Positions 29,601 through 40,000 of a DNA stretch of 60,305 nucleotides are shown in pieces. The DNA comes from a virus (Duplodnaviria; Caudoviricetes), in IMG/VR virus record IMGVR_UViG_3300022902_000970, positions 1 to 60,305 of that record. One strand, given 5' to 3'. Both the position numbers and the translations under genes were made by a program. The notes under the pieces were generated by a model. That model saw only the letters and a program-made list of their open reading frames with translations. It was not told where the DNA came from and did not search any database. The stretch's first letter is position 1. Each line of letters begins with the position of its first letter.

Positions 29601-32097
29601 CTTTTCTATTGAAAACAGTTTGTACCGAGTTATTTCTGAAGAAATAATAAACATTTTTTCATCTATTATTGATTTTAACAATCTTATCGGTGAGCCAGTC
29701 AATAAATATCGGGAAACTTATAAAGATTTGTCTAAATTAAGACAATTGTTCTTTGAAAGAGTAGAAAATAAACCTGATATTGAAAGATATTTTACTTATT
29801 TTAAACATATAGATAGCTTCCTTCAGCAGTGCCTGGAAAAGCTACTTCCAGCATCAGCCAATGTTTCTGATTCTGTTCTTAATATTGTTGAAAGCCACGT
29901 CCTAGAAAGAAATAAATATAGACATAAGTTTCCTACATTAGAAAGCAAACAAGGCGACCCTGAAGCCGCCATCCTTGGTATAAATGAAATGCTTTTTGAT
30001 TGGAAGCATGGACATGCGCCCGTGTCAAGTAGTAATGTCGCGGGTGTGTATCCTCACCTTGAAGGAACTGATCAAAATCAAAATTGTATTTACTGGCATG
30101 ATTTAGCAGAACGAGGAGGCTCTGTTTTAACTTCTGGCGATGCAACCGTAGATGAACAGAGAGAAACAATAAAAGATATTGTAAACTCTAGTGTATCCGG
30201 GAGCAATTACGCCACACGAAAGTTTGCCCAAGTTTATAATTTAACTACGAAAGAGCCTCTTGATCTGGGAGGCGGAGCAAACTTAAAATCTAACAATATA
30301 TTTGGATTTTACCGCCAAGTTATTAAATTCAACGACCGGACCAATTATATTAAAATACCTTTCGCTGAAAGCAAACTTAATAAAGATTGTAAGGAAGACA
30401 CAGAGCCGCAAGAATTAACTAAACGAGTAATGGATGTCCCAGCTATTGCTTACAACGATGGCGAGCCTCCCCGAGCTAATGATTACAAAGATGGAAGTGC
30501 AAATTTATTGCTGCCGTTTACTGTTTTTTCATCTTCCTTAGACACAGGCTATTTAGGGATCATTTCCGACGCTCATAGCGCTTCTTTTGAAAATATGCAC
30601 CTAGATGTTGTAGGAACGCACGGCACTAGACCGATGCAAGGTCCGTTCACAGAAAAATATGTCGGCGGTCTTCAATATCGCCACATTAACGTTAATTATT
30701 CTGCTTCTGCGGTTACTAACTCCGACACCACAGCGCGATTACTTGATACTCCCCTTACAAGACCAGAAGGATGGTTCTTAAAAGTCCCAACAACCCCAGG
30801 ACACGCTGCAAGCCTCTTAAGCGAATCTTTCTCCGCAACTGACCCTGTGGGTTGGACAAATGTAGGAAGTACCGCTACAGGACCTTCTGGGTGGATTCTG
30901 ACGCATTCTGGTCCCACTCCTTCCATGAACACCGGACCCGATGCTTCGTTTGACGGGGATTATTACGCTTATGCGGAAACTTCAACTCCCAATCACCCAG
31001 GCAGTGCTTTTGGTTTAGTAACTCCAATAATTGACGCTGCGGACATGGGCGGCGACAATTTCAGCGCCTCTTTTTATTATCATATGTATGGTACAAACGT
31101 CGGTAGTCTTAAAGTCCAACACTGCACCAGCCCTTTATTCGGAGCAAGTGTAACTGATTTATCAGTGGTCTGGGATTTTGTATCTGCTCCTGGAGCAGCT
31201 TCAGAACACATCGCAGGACAACAACAATCCGCTGCAACTGATCCTTACAAACAAGCTCAAATTGATCTTTCTGATTACGCAGGAACAGAATTTTACTTAC
31301 GCTTCTTTTACGAAGGAGGTATAACTTATTTATCTGATGTTGCAATCGATGCAATACAAGTTTCTGGTACATCAGGTGGTTCCACTTATAAACTTTTAGA
31401 TCCTTCTTGGGACAATCCTAACAAGCCAAGAGCCATGTATTACCGCGATGAAGTAGCGAAAAGACCTCTTAATATTAGAAATATTAAAATGACAGGATCT
31501 TCTCCTACTATTATTGGTAACTATTCTCACAATTATGAGGTGGTCAACATTCCGGGAAGAAATGTAAATAATTTATGGTTTGTACAAAACTCCGGTGCTG
31601 TGGGACAAACAGAGGTTTTATCCGATTATATAACCTCTAGCTATGATTACTCGCTAAAAAACCGGGATACTCTCCAAGATGGTAGTAAAAACCGCACTGT
31701 GATAGTGGAGAGATTTTCTGCACCCGGCGGTCCTGAAGTGATGAGTCGTGGATTTTTAGATGTAACCTCGGAAACGTACTCCGTTTATAACTGCTTAAAC
31801 TACAGAAACTCCACTGTCCGAAACAACTTAAATCTTTGGGAAAAACATCATAGTATATGGGGAGGGTACGATGGAGTTTATGGCTCCCCCACGGCATCAT
31901 ATCATCAGGTTCAAAGGAATACAGGGTTGAGGCTTCAATTGAGTGGAAATTTAGTATTAGCAGGGTCGAGTGTCAATAATGGTATGCCCGTTATAACTGC
32001 CTCTTATTATGATAATGGCTTTGTAACCCATCAGATTCCACAAACCGACGCCGGATATGCTTGGATTTCTGGTTCGATTACTGGGTCGCTAATTTAA
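26644..32097 (+). CDS. Large baseplate/tail protein: LamG (ConA-like) domains, gp7/gpI-like core, MAM domain
   Basis: LTVEFWL...WSHYAF...SGSLDEFRFW...LYYKFNEG (LamG). IFKSKGTEKSIRNLIRAYG (gpI/gp7-like KGT motif). MAM signature at about 30820-31370. Confidence 0.75.
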   Translation: MSLKDLFKDIERIGTTTTASAPDVPVIKDEIESVSFARQVQERQKSFVPHVDFTQAKNFAKYGSAEEYYAKGIEYIYSYYPYDGSLKEKEEWYNDVTYLEQYVFDHEYPRTNGYVILSADGWGTSTITDGYGLPSSLEYIQVKSGPHEKNIWDASKDREENLKFALTGGLTVEFWLNKTEFVTTETKKEVIFDLWNGKHFNDTEYGRFRIELSGTSPGAAFRLTALSGTSGFHDAPIGEVVTPSVVSNGDWSHYAFSLHNTGSTVLVEMYKDGVFIESAATGSVVGHVTGTMIANIGALRTATLNTSAATGSGKLSGSLDEFRFWKSRRTARDIGRYYISQVGGGTNTDDANTELGLYYKFNEGIVGDSTYDRTVLDYSGRLSNGVWTGYTPNSRNTGSAMVLSGETTFEFKDPIIYSTNPSVVALLNSKKELGERYDINNPANMYNSFPSWIIDEDSDAGSELKNLTQIMSSYLDELYLQIENVPAIKDREYPSGSLLTGSFKPYPFSKQLLTSHGFNTPELFVDTSVIEQFLSRNEKIKYEEKIYNTKNLIYHNIYNNLLNIFKSKGTEKSIRNLIRAYGANEDIVAINVYGHNEPFELRKNVEQRTFRNKVIDFNQSDRNVATIFQYQTGSGTTSYISGSRLNDLTVPNTVECEVFFPKKAQQGLSSYYYYPTITSSLFGQHTVNLGAGDINVLQWADNDDASFQVYAVRDVIDSTRAKFVVTGAAFAPLTTSFYSHVYENSKWNFAVRLKPSREFGDLVYHGSNTSYYLEFYGVHESMGAIEHEFFLTSSLSATEGEAWSNAPKRLYAGAHRTNFTGSLLEHTDVKIANVRFWLSYLNNEVIQDHAKSYETYGPAQPLNDEGFTHVNLDNTEIPSLETLALNWNFRNVSSSADASGRLFIDDFSSGSSEMASRYSWVGDITKQLYSGRADFFLANEPKASDIEFTFSTRNRLPETFISSDMISIGEDADKIFTLDSRPVHYYFSIENSLYRVISEEIINIFSSIIDFNNLIGEPVNKYRETYKDLSKLRQLFFERVENKPDIERYFTYFKHIDSFLQQCLEKLLPASANVSDSVLNIVESHVLERNKYRHKFPTLESKQGDPEAAILGINEMLFDWKHGHAPVSSSNVAGVYPHLEGTDQNQNCIYWHDLAERGGSVLTSGDATVDEQRETIKDIVNSSVSGSNYATRKFAQVYNLTTKEPLDLGGGANLKSNNIFGFYRQVIKFNDRTNYIKIPFAESKLNKDCKEDTEPQELTKRVMDVPAIAYNDGEPPRANDYKDGSANLLLPFTVFSSSLDTGYLGIISDAHSASFENMHLDVVGTHGTRPMQGPFTEKYVGGLQYRHINVNYSASAVTNSDTTARLLDTPLTRPEGWFLKVPTTPGHAASLLSESFSATDPVGWTNVGSTATGPSGWILTHSGPTPSMNTGPDASFDGDYYAYAETSTPNHPGSAFGLVTPIIDAADMGGDNFSASFYYHMYGTNVGSLKVQHCTSPLFGASVTDLSVVWDFVSAPGAASEHIAGQQQSAATDPYKQAQIDLSDYAGTEFYLRFFYEGGITYLSDVAIDAIQVSGTSGGSTYKLLDPSWDNPNKPRAMYYRDEVAKRPLNIRNIKMTGSSPTIIGNYSHNYEVVNIPGRNVNNLWFVQNSGAVGQTEVLSDYITSSYDYSLKNRDTLQDGSKNRTVIVERFSAPGGPEVMSRGFLDVTSETYSVYNCLNYRNSTVRNNLNLWEKHHSIWGGYDGVYGSPTASYHQVQRNTGLRLQLSGNLVLAGSSVNNGMPVITASYYDNGFVTHQIPQTDAGYAWISGSITGSLI

Positions 32098-32106
32098 TGA
32101 AAACAA

Positions 32107-32115
32107 CTATTTAAG
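32107..32115 (+). promoter_or_regulatory. Candidate phage late promoter CTATTTAAG
   Basis: In the 24-nt gap, 6 nt before ATG 32122. Confidence 0.5.
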
Positions 32116-32121
32116 AATAAC

Positions 32122-35100
32122 ATGAACGACGAAAACTTAACATTTATTAGTGCAAGCGAATACGGCTCTATCCAGGGACCTGCTCCCAGATCTTGGGGGT
32201 ACGCAACTCCATGGACTCAAACCGGATTTGTTCCAACAGATTTTGCTGGAATGAATACTAATGTTCATGAAGATACTGACTCTCTAACTCACACTTTAGG
32301 ATATCCAGCAGGGACAGGTCTCGTAACTGGGGTTCCTGCATATAGAAATGATGTATTCGCTCCAAACGTAACTGGTGATTACAAAGTGTTCGGCGCGGCA
32401 ACAATGTTTAACGCGCTGATCCTCCACCGTCAAGGTCCTTATGGCTGGCCAACTTGGAAACAAATCCGCACCGGCAACCATCCTTTGGCGCGATATTGGA
32501 AAGAAAATAGCACCTGGACTATTACTCTAAAACCTAGTATCAAACAACTTGCTAGCCTGATGTTTTATGATAACAACGCTACTAATTTAGCTGAAGCGGC
32601 TCAAGGAGCCCCTATCAACCTACAGTTTGTGCAATCCCCAATCAGTAATAGAGAGAAGCCTTTGGTTCATTCTTTTCTGGTGCAGCAAGACGATAAGACA
32701 AATCATTTAATTCTTAAAAGTTCGTATGCCAACTTGAAAGAGCAGTTTGCTAACAATAAACAAAATCTGTGGTCTCTTAAAACTAACAAATATGCAGCTA
32801 ATATAGAGATAATTTATGATGATTTAAAAAGCATATATATCGATGAAGATTATGGCACAAACACTCCATTTGAGCGATTTTTAGTTTTTAGATATGGACA
32901 AGGGATTTATCCCAAACAAACTAATAAATTTTTGCAGAGAACGCGCCAAAGAACCGTATATGCAGAAGCCGCCGGGACTGGGCTTAACGGTATCGATCAG
33001 ATCAATCCAAGAACTTTTTGGAAGGTGGTTTCTGCTTCAGCCACCCCAGTTAAGACCGTCTCCGAATGGGATTTAAGCCCGCGAAGGATAAGAACAGCGG
33101 AAGCATTAAACTCACAAGGAAATATTATAGGAGCTAGAACCCTAAGTGGCTCTGCCCTGGGAAGCCAACCATACTCCGGTCTAATCTCGCCTGGAATCCG
33201 CAGTGTGTGGTCGCTAGACACCGGAATTAATACTGGTAGTGCATATTCTAATGGCACGATAGTCGCAGGCGAATTAGGATGGAGACAAACTCAAGGAAGC
33301 GTCGGCGGCTTTAGAACCCAGGCTTATAATACTTGCTCCGCCGGCGCTTACAGACAAGATTTACGTGCAGATTACAGCGGCACCTATACTCAAATACCTG
33401 TATACGCTGCTGACTTAATCTCTGGTAAACAAGCTTTTTTCAATTCTTATGAAGATTTTGCGGAGGATATTAGAGGACTCGGTAAAGGAATGTCTATTCT
33501 ACCAGAATTTAAAATTTCAGAGCATATGGAATATTATGTGGCTGAGAAAGATGGAGACTTTTTAGCTCGTAACGATGCTTATCTTTCCTTAGAAGGCGCA
33601 GCAGTTACTTCTAGCGCTGTCACTAAGCTAGAGTACATTGGTGCGAGAGACAAAACATTCATAGCCAACAGCCGCACAGCAGGAATGAACGAAACGTTTT
33701 TTTCTGATTATTCTAATAGCGATTTTCTTAAATATTTTTCCATGTTTAAAAATGATCATAAAGGTAAAGCCAAAATTGCTAGCTATACTTTAAAAACTAC
33801 AGGTATTAAAAAACTATTACCTTATAAAGGTTTTTATCCCCATCAAAGAGCACTTCAACTGGCGACACTATTTTCCCAATCTTTTGCTGAGAATTATAAT
33901 GCCAACGGGACTCACACTAATACTTACTCCCCTAATGAAAGGGCTGGGTGGAACGCGATGTTACGCCCATTTTTCAATCCAGGTATTTGTTTTAACTCTT
34001 TGAGATCCTCTGTAGCTGTTAACTTTCCAATGATGACCGGATCATCTGTGGTGGATCTAGGGATAGAAAACGTGGGGGATATCCTTGGATACACTAGTGT
34101 GGGCGGCGGGGTTTCTAATTACAAACTTCCATTTGAAGCTATTATTTCACCTGATCAATATATTCCCATCGGCACCGCCGCCTCCCCTAAATATTTATTA
34201 AATGACGAAATTACTTTAGGAGATTGGGCAATAGGTACATACAACTTCAACACTGCACACGCACTTTATGGAGCCATACATGGTGAGTTATATTCCTTAG
34301 CAGCGAATAACTTTTTTGGAGAAATACCTCGCTTTTTCTTAGAAAATAAAAGTTTTACTAGCTTGACTTCTTCACCCCAAGGAGAGTGGAAAGAGGTTGT
34401 TCCTACCAAAACTTATTATATGGACGTATCTTTGTATAAAACTAAAAATATGTTACTGTCTGAAGGAAATGGGGAGGATAATTTGCGCGGCTCAATTTAT
34501 GGAAATCCCAATGCAAGCACCTATGCAAACGATACGCACTCTAATAAATTTAAAGATCCTGCTTATGCGGCATATACGCCACCGTATTTTTATGAAAAAT
34601 CAACCGCCCGGATTGCTTACACCCCAAGCACACCAGGACGCCCTACAGTGAAAGAACTTCTTTCTCGTATTGAACAAACCATTTCTTTAAGTGATGATTT
34701 CGTTGTTAACGAGTTTGGAGCGACTGCGGTTTCTGGTACTTTTTATACCGGTTCCTCTTACAATGTAAATGCTTTCGACGGCGGCGATTTAGCCTCATCA
34801 AACCGCATGAGAATTTCTGGCTCTGTTAATTTATTTGGTCGTGCAAAATATAAAAAAGTTACTTATGACAATAAAGTAAACTTATTAGATCCTGATGGAG
34901 GATATATTCCTTTAGTCTTTGAAGACACTTCTGACGACGCCTTCGACGCCTGGACGATAGGTACTAAGTTTGAATGCCCCGCTCTTAATTTTGTCGAAGC
35001 CACACAATTCCACAGTGCATCCGGCGCCCGAGGTATCTGGGGCGGTTATGGGCGATTTCCCAAAGGATCGGAAGGAGTATATTTGGAAGTTAAAAATCCA

Positions 35101-35976
35101 TTCCCCGATGCCGATCCTGCCACGACGGGCTCTTTGTTAGAAGTTTGTAAATTTTCTACTTTTGGTTCAACTAAAACTCGTAAAAAAATTGGCAAAATGG
35201 CAAAAGAAAAACAAATTTCAGAAGCTATTATAGCAATTCCCTACGTATGGGATTCTCTACAAGGAACGAACCAGCCTCCTTTAATCACATACCCAGAAAC
35301 TAAAAAGAAATTTTTTAGCATAAGCCAATCCACTCATTCGGAAACTTTATTAAATCTAAACGGCGGCGAGAAACCCCCTAGTGTTTCTTGCGGCGACCTC
35401 TACAAGAAAATGAAAAAATATAATATACCTCCACAATTTGATTTTTTAACCTTTCCTTTTAATTCTACGGATAAGAGCGGCTTGAAACCAATTGTTATGT
35501 TTATGTTTGAATTTACTCACACTCTTTCGAGGCAAGACTTAAGAGACATATGGCAAGGACTAATGCCTCAAATTTCTCGCCAAGCAGAAGTCCAAGAAGC
35601 AAAATTAACTTACCCCACTGGTCCCAAAGAATTCTTTGGAGGCAAAGAGATTCCGTCTTACGTAAGATGGATGGTTTTCAAGGTAAAGAAAAAAGCAGAA
35701 AAAAGTTATTTTGCTGTCACGGCAGACGTAGAAGACGATAATAATTTTAAGTTTAAGTTCCAAGGGCAAGAAAAAACCCCCGAGTATAATTATAATTGGC
35801 CATATGATTACTTTTCATTAGTAGAACTAGCGAACATAGAGAGTACAATGAATTTTATAGGAAACGGAAATATAATTGGAGCACCTGCTGAAGAGCCGCC
35901 ACCGGAAGACACATCCCAAGGCACTCTCATTACTAACATACCTTTCAGCGATGACGATGAAATACAGACGGGATAA
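32122..35976 (+). CDS. Large hypothetical virion protein (1284 aa)
   Basis: Long ORF in the tail module, in the same frame as the upstream gene; S/T/G-rich. Confidence 0.7.
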   Translation: MNDENLTFISASEYGSIQGPAPRSWGYATPWTQTGFVPTDFAGMNTNVHEDTDSLTHTLGYPAGTGLVTGVPAYRNDVFAPNVTGDYKVFGAATMFNALILHRQGPYGWPTWKQIRTGNHPLARYWKENSTWTITLKPSIKQLASLMFYDNNATNLAEAAQGAPINLQFVQSPISNREKPLVHSFLVQQDDKTNHLILKSSYANLKEQFANNKQNLWSLKTNKYAANIEIIYDDLKSIYIDEDYGTNTPFERFLVFRYGQGIYPKQTNKFLQRTRQRTVYAEAAGTGLNGIDQINPRTFWKVVSASATPVKTVSEWDLSPRRIRTAEALNSQGNIIGARTLSGSALGSQPYSGLISPGIRSVWSLDTGINTGSAYSNGTIVAGELGWRQTQGSVGGFRTQAYNTCSAGAYRQDLRADYSGTYTQIPVYAADLISGKQAFFNSYEDFAEDIRGLGKGMSILPEFKISEHMEYYVAEKDGDFLARNDAYLSLEGAAVTSSAVTKLEYIGARDKTFIANSRTAGMNETFFSDYSNSDFLKYFSMFKNDHKGKAKIASYTLKTTGIKKLLPYKGFYPHQRALQLATLFSQSFAENYNANGTHTNTYSPNERAGWNAMLRPFFNPGICFNSLRSSVAVNFPMMTGSSVVDLGIENVGDILGYTSVGGGVSNYKLPFEAIISPDQYIPIGTAASPKYLLNDEITLGDWAIGTYNFNTAHALYGAIHGELYSLAANNFFGEIPRFFLENKSFTSLTSSPQGEWKEVVPTKTYYMDVSLYKTKNMLLSEGNGEDNLRGSIYGNPNASTYANDTHSNKFKDPAYAAYTPPYFYEKSTARIAYTPSTPGRPTVKELLSRIEQTISLSDDFVVNEFGATAVSGTFYTGSSYNVNAFDGGDLASSNRMRISGSVNLFGRAKYKKVTYDNKVNLLDPDGGYIPLVFEDTSDDAFDAWTIGTKFECPALNFVEATQFHSASGARGIWGGYGRFPKGSEGVYLEVKNPFPDADPATTGSLLEVCKFSTFGSTKTRKKIGKMAKEKQISEAIIAIPYVWDSLQGTNQPPLITYPETKKKFFSISQSTHSETLLNLNGGEKPPSVSCGDLYKKMKKYNIPPQFDFLTFPFNSTDKSGLKPIVMFMFEFTHTLSRQDLRDIWQGLMPQISRQAEVQEAKLTYPTGPKEFFGGKEIPSYVRWMVFKVKKKAEKSYFAVTADVEDDNNFKFKFQGQEKTPEYNYNWPYDYFSLVELANIESTMNFIGNGNIIGAPAEEPPPEDTSQGTLITNIPFSDDDEIQTG

Positions 35977-35978
35977 CG

Positions 35979-37034
35979 ATGGAATTTTTTAATCAAAAAG
36001 AAGAAGTAATAGATATACAATTAACGCAGTATGGGAAGCGCATACTCAAAGAAGGTAACTTTAAACCAACTTATTACGCTTTTTTTGATAAAGATATACT
36101 TTACAATAAATACGGTGACGCGAGAGAGTCCGAACTTCAGAATGAAACAGAACCTCGAATCCGCGAAGAAACTCCTCGCTTAAAAGCTCAACATAATTTT
36201 ATTGGTATCGAAACTCAATTTAATGAAATGAAAGAAATTATTACTTTTAGCGAGAAATTCTCTAAATTTGAAATGATTCAAAAATTACAAGACACGGAGA
36301 ATACTTTTTTCTCTCCTAATTCAGCGATTGCGAACACCAAACTTGGAAATGAATATAGACCAAGCTGGGATTTGTCTTTTTACAATGAGAATCTTCAGTC
36401 AGTCACAGGCTCTCTCACTTCTTCTAATTCTCCAACTGTAAATATACCTCAACTTGAAGCTACGCTTGATTTTACTACTTTGATGTCTAACGCTACGCTT
36501 AATTTAGAAGACTCGACTAACGTAGCAAATAATGACTATTCAAGTGATTTGGAATGGTTTGAAAACGAACCTTTAGAATTTGAGGACGGCTCTATTATCA
36601 TTTTAAAAGACGATTTTCTGTTGATTGGAATAGACGAAAAAAACACTGATTTTTTAAGTGAAAATTTTGAGGTAGAGGTTTTCAGGATTGAAGAGACCAA
36701 AGGGGACAAATCGTCTACAGGACTCGAAGAAGACCAGAAAAAAACCAAACTCATCCCATTGCAATTTCTTCCATCACGCGCACCCAATCAAAGTGACATG
36801 TTTGATGAAGAAGAATTGGAAATAAAGATGGGTAACCCTAACTATGTGGAATACTTTTTTGATTTATTGATTGATAGCGAAATACCCGAAGGCATCTTCT
36901 GCAAAAAAGTAGGACAAGATGTTAAGTCTAATTTATATGTTAAGCAGATATTTAATTGTGATGAAACTGATTTTTCCCAAAAACAAGATTATAATGTATA
37001 TGACGACGATGATCTAGGAGAACCTTGCGAATGA
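35979..37034 (+). CDS. Hypothetical virion protein
   Basis: N-terminus 'IDIQLTQYGKRILKEGNFKPTYYAFFDKDILY' is similar to the N-terminus of the 43530 protein. Confidence 0.7.
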   Translation: MEFFNQKEEVIDIQLTQYGKRILKEGNFKPTYYAFFDKDILYNKYGDARESELQNETEPRIREETPRLKAQHNFIGIETQFNEMKEIITFSEKFSKFEMIQKLQDTENTFFSPNSAIANTKLGNEYRPSWDLSFYNENLQSVTGSLTSSNSPTVNIPQLEATLDFTTLMSNATLNLEDSTNVANNDYSSDLEWFENEPLEFEDGSIIILKDDFLLIGIDEKNTDFLSENFEVEVFRIEETKGDKSSTGLEEDQKKTKLIPLQFLPSRAPNQSDMFDEEELEIKMGNPNYVEYFFDLLIDSEIPEGIFCKKVGQDVKSNLYVKQIFNCDETDFSQKQDYNVYDDDDLGEPCE

Positions 37035-40000
37035 CGGTGCCCATATCCAACAATCAATTAATTGGTGATTTCCTTCCTAAAGTTTTTGTTAAAAGAATTC
37101 TATTAACAGAAGCCGGAGGTTCTACTGACACACGAGGCGATAATCCTCATATTGATATCCCACCAAGGTCCTTTAAAGAAACAAAAGATGGTCTTTGGGC
37201 GTGGAAAGATAAATTTAAAGGATTAAAAGAGGATGAAAAAACTACTCTATCTACCTATGGTGCGGCGTCCAAGAAGGGAAATAAGCCCTTATCTGCCAGA
37301 ATTGATTTAAATTTCAAAGACAGTATAGAGAGCAATCTTTTAGGTACGTGGTTCAATAACGAAGACTTAAAAAAGATGATAAAAGTGCAAGTTATTGCTT
37401 GTGTTACTGTATTAGCTTCGAAAACTATTAATCAGCGTATATACGATATCAAAAAAGGAATTTCACCTGTAGAAGATCTTGGTAGCGTTATTCAAGCAAA
37501 TAGTCATATAACGAGCCAATATTTTACGCTCGCAACCGGCGGCGGAGCGGACGCCGGGAATATCATGACTCATAGCAATTATGATACACCAGACGGTCAA
37601 ACTATTTACGATATCCGTTCTTCACTTCAATTTAAATTTACCAAGCCAAACATCAATCATTTAACTTTTTTTGTTCTTCCATATATCGACCGCGAAGTGT
37701 TGCAAGATCATTTTAACCCCCCCTTACAACTAGACTCTGTGGATAACAACATGTTGGTAGGTGATTGTAGAACAGAACCAGTTATAAAAAACGGAGAAAT
37801 CGTTACCACTGCAACGGCATTTTATGATCAACAAGGCAATTTATATGTAGGATCCGTAGAGTGGCTTGGGAATTATGAAGTACCTAATTCTCCTTTGTAT
37901 CCCTATGCAATGCCGTCCAAGGCTCTTTTAACGGAAGAAACTATCACCAACACTGTTATACAAGACTTTAGGCAGCAAAACTTGGTTAAAAAAATGGATA
38001 TAGACTTTTCAGACGCTAAGAAAAATCTAAATGTGCCTGGTTTTACAAAAAAGCAATTCTTTAATGACAAATTAAATAATTCTTCGAATTTTTACACCCC
38101 TATTATGAGTACTAGAAGCCCTAAAGGGGATGTTAAGCTGTGCTTTGGAGTTAATTTAGAGTGGTTTTTAAGAACCAATTCTCCTTATGGAAACCTGTGG
38201 GATAATATGACCCCCGGACAGAAAGATAACTTATTTAACTCTAAGCTTTTCAAAGATGTTTCCTTGATACGACGAAGAGTAAAAAGCATCGACGACGCTC
38301 GGCTCCTGGACGAAAACAACCCACCCTCAGTTGTAACAACTGCAAACTCTCTCAACTCTCTTGGAGATTCTCAAAAAAGCAATATCGGTAAAGAGAGTAT
38401 TTTGACCCGTCTTTCTATAGACCAATTTAGCATCACCGAAACAAAGAACAAATTTGTTTATTTTAGTGCTAGAGACGCGGACATCCACAATCAAGGTCCG
38501 GGGTATTATCAATATGGATTGCGTTATACCTTCAACGACTCTATTCTAGGGACTGTTCAAAGCTTGGTGCTTAGTTTAGAACAAGATTTAAAAGTTTATC
38601 GACAATTTGTTTATATGACGCGCATTCCAAAGTATTACGATGTCTATACCGATTCTTTTAATAAAGCGTTTTCTTCTCAACAAGCAAATTGGGAAGGCAT
38701 CGTTCCTGTGATGCTTTCTAACTTTATTATGTTGAGAGACCTTTTGACGGGAGAGAATTTAGTTAACGGTAACCCCACTGACAAGACTAATGAAATATAT
38801 ATAAACTTATTAAATATAACTTCTCCCAAAACTGGTACACCTCAAGGAGTTGAACTTTTATTAAATTTAGTTGATGAACTTTTATCTATGACTAATGAAA
38901 TATTTGAAATAAAAAGCGTTACCAACACTGGACAAGGAATTAGAAATCCTTCCCCGTCTTCTCCCAAAAAAGAAGTTAAAAGTATCATCCGTGAAGTATA
39001 TTTTTCTCCTCAAATGGGGGGGATTGTTGACACCACCGTGAATAAAAATTTGGGATATGACTTCTTGTGGAAAACAGACAGTGAAGGTTTTTTAAAAAAC
39101 ACCGGTGTTGCGGGAAATATCAAGGTTAACCGCACAAGCCCACAGGGATTATCTTCTTTTTCGTATGATTATTTTACAGAGAGAACCAAGCAAGAGACAG
39201 AAAAGTATTTCACCAGTGACAAGCTGGAACTCAATTTGCGTCTTCCAAAGCTAGAAAATAAAAAAATTCAAAGCACCCTTGAAAGCCAAAAATACAAATT
39301 TCTTTCACCGTCACTTGTGCAAACTCCGCAATTAGGTTTTGTTCCTGTGTTAAGCAACGCAACAAATAAAATTGAGTACGATCGTTTGAACACTCTTTAC
39401 ACCGAAATAATCAAAAGAAGATTAAACGACTTAGACTCTGGCTTTAAAGTGGATAAAAAGGAGCTTAAATTTTTAAGTCAAAACGACAAGGAACAAAAAT
39501 ATCAATTAGAGCAAATAATTTCCCTTAAAGGAGGTACAGTGGTGTCTACGGACAGAGGAGGCGCCGAGCTTTTTGGACTCCTTAACCCTCCTACAGAAGA
39601 GGGTCAAAATATTTCTTTTAATAATTTAGGATCTCCCCTGGGTCCGTCTCAAACAGAAATAGAAGAGCAAAGCAGCTTTGAAACATTAGGGTCTGGGGTT
39701 CCCCCTGTAGATGAAGCGACAGCTGCACTCCTACAAGAAACCAATTATAATGATGCCATGCTTGGCTTAACTATTATAGACGCCCACGGCGGAATGAATG
39801 AGCTAAAGAAATTTGCTAGCAGTATTAATGGCGGCGGTCGAAATAAAAATGAAATACCTTATGTAACACTAGAAGATCTTGTTCCGCTACCTAATCAGCT
39901 TAAACAATTGGTTATTATAAACTCCAATACCGACCTAGACAATGTACAAAATAACTTAAATTTCAAAACCAATACGCTTACTGCATCAGATATAGAAAAA

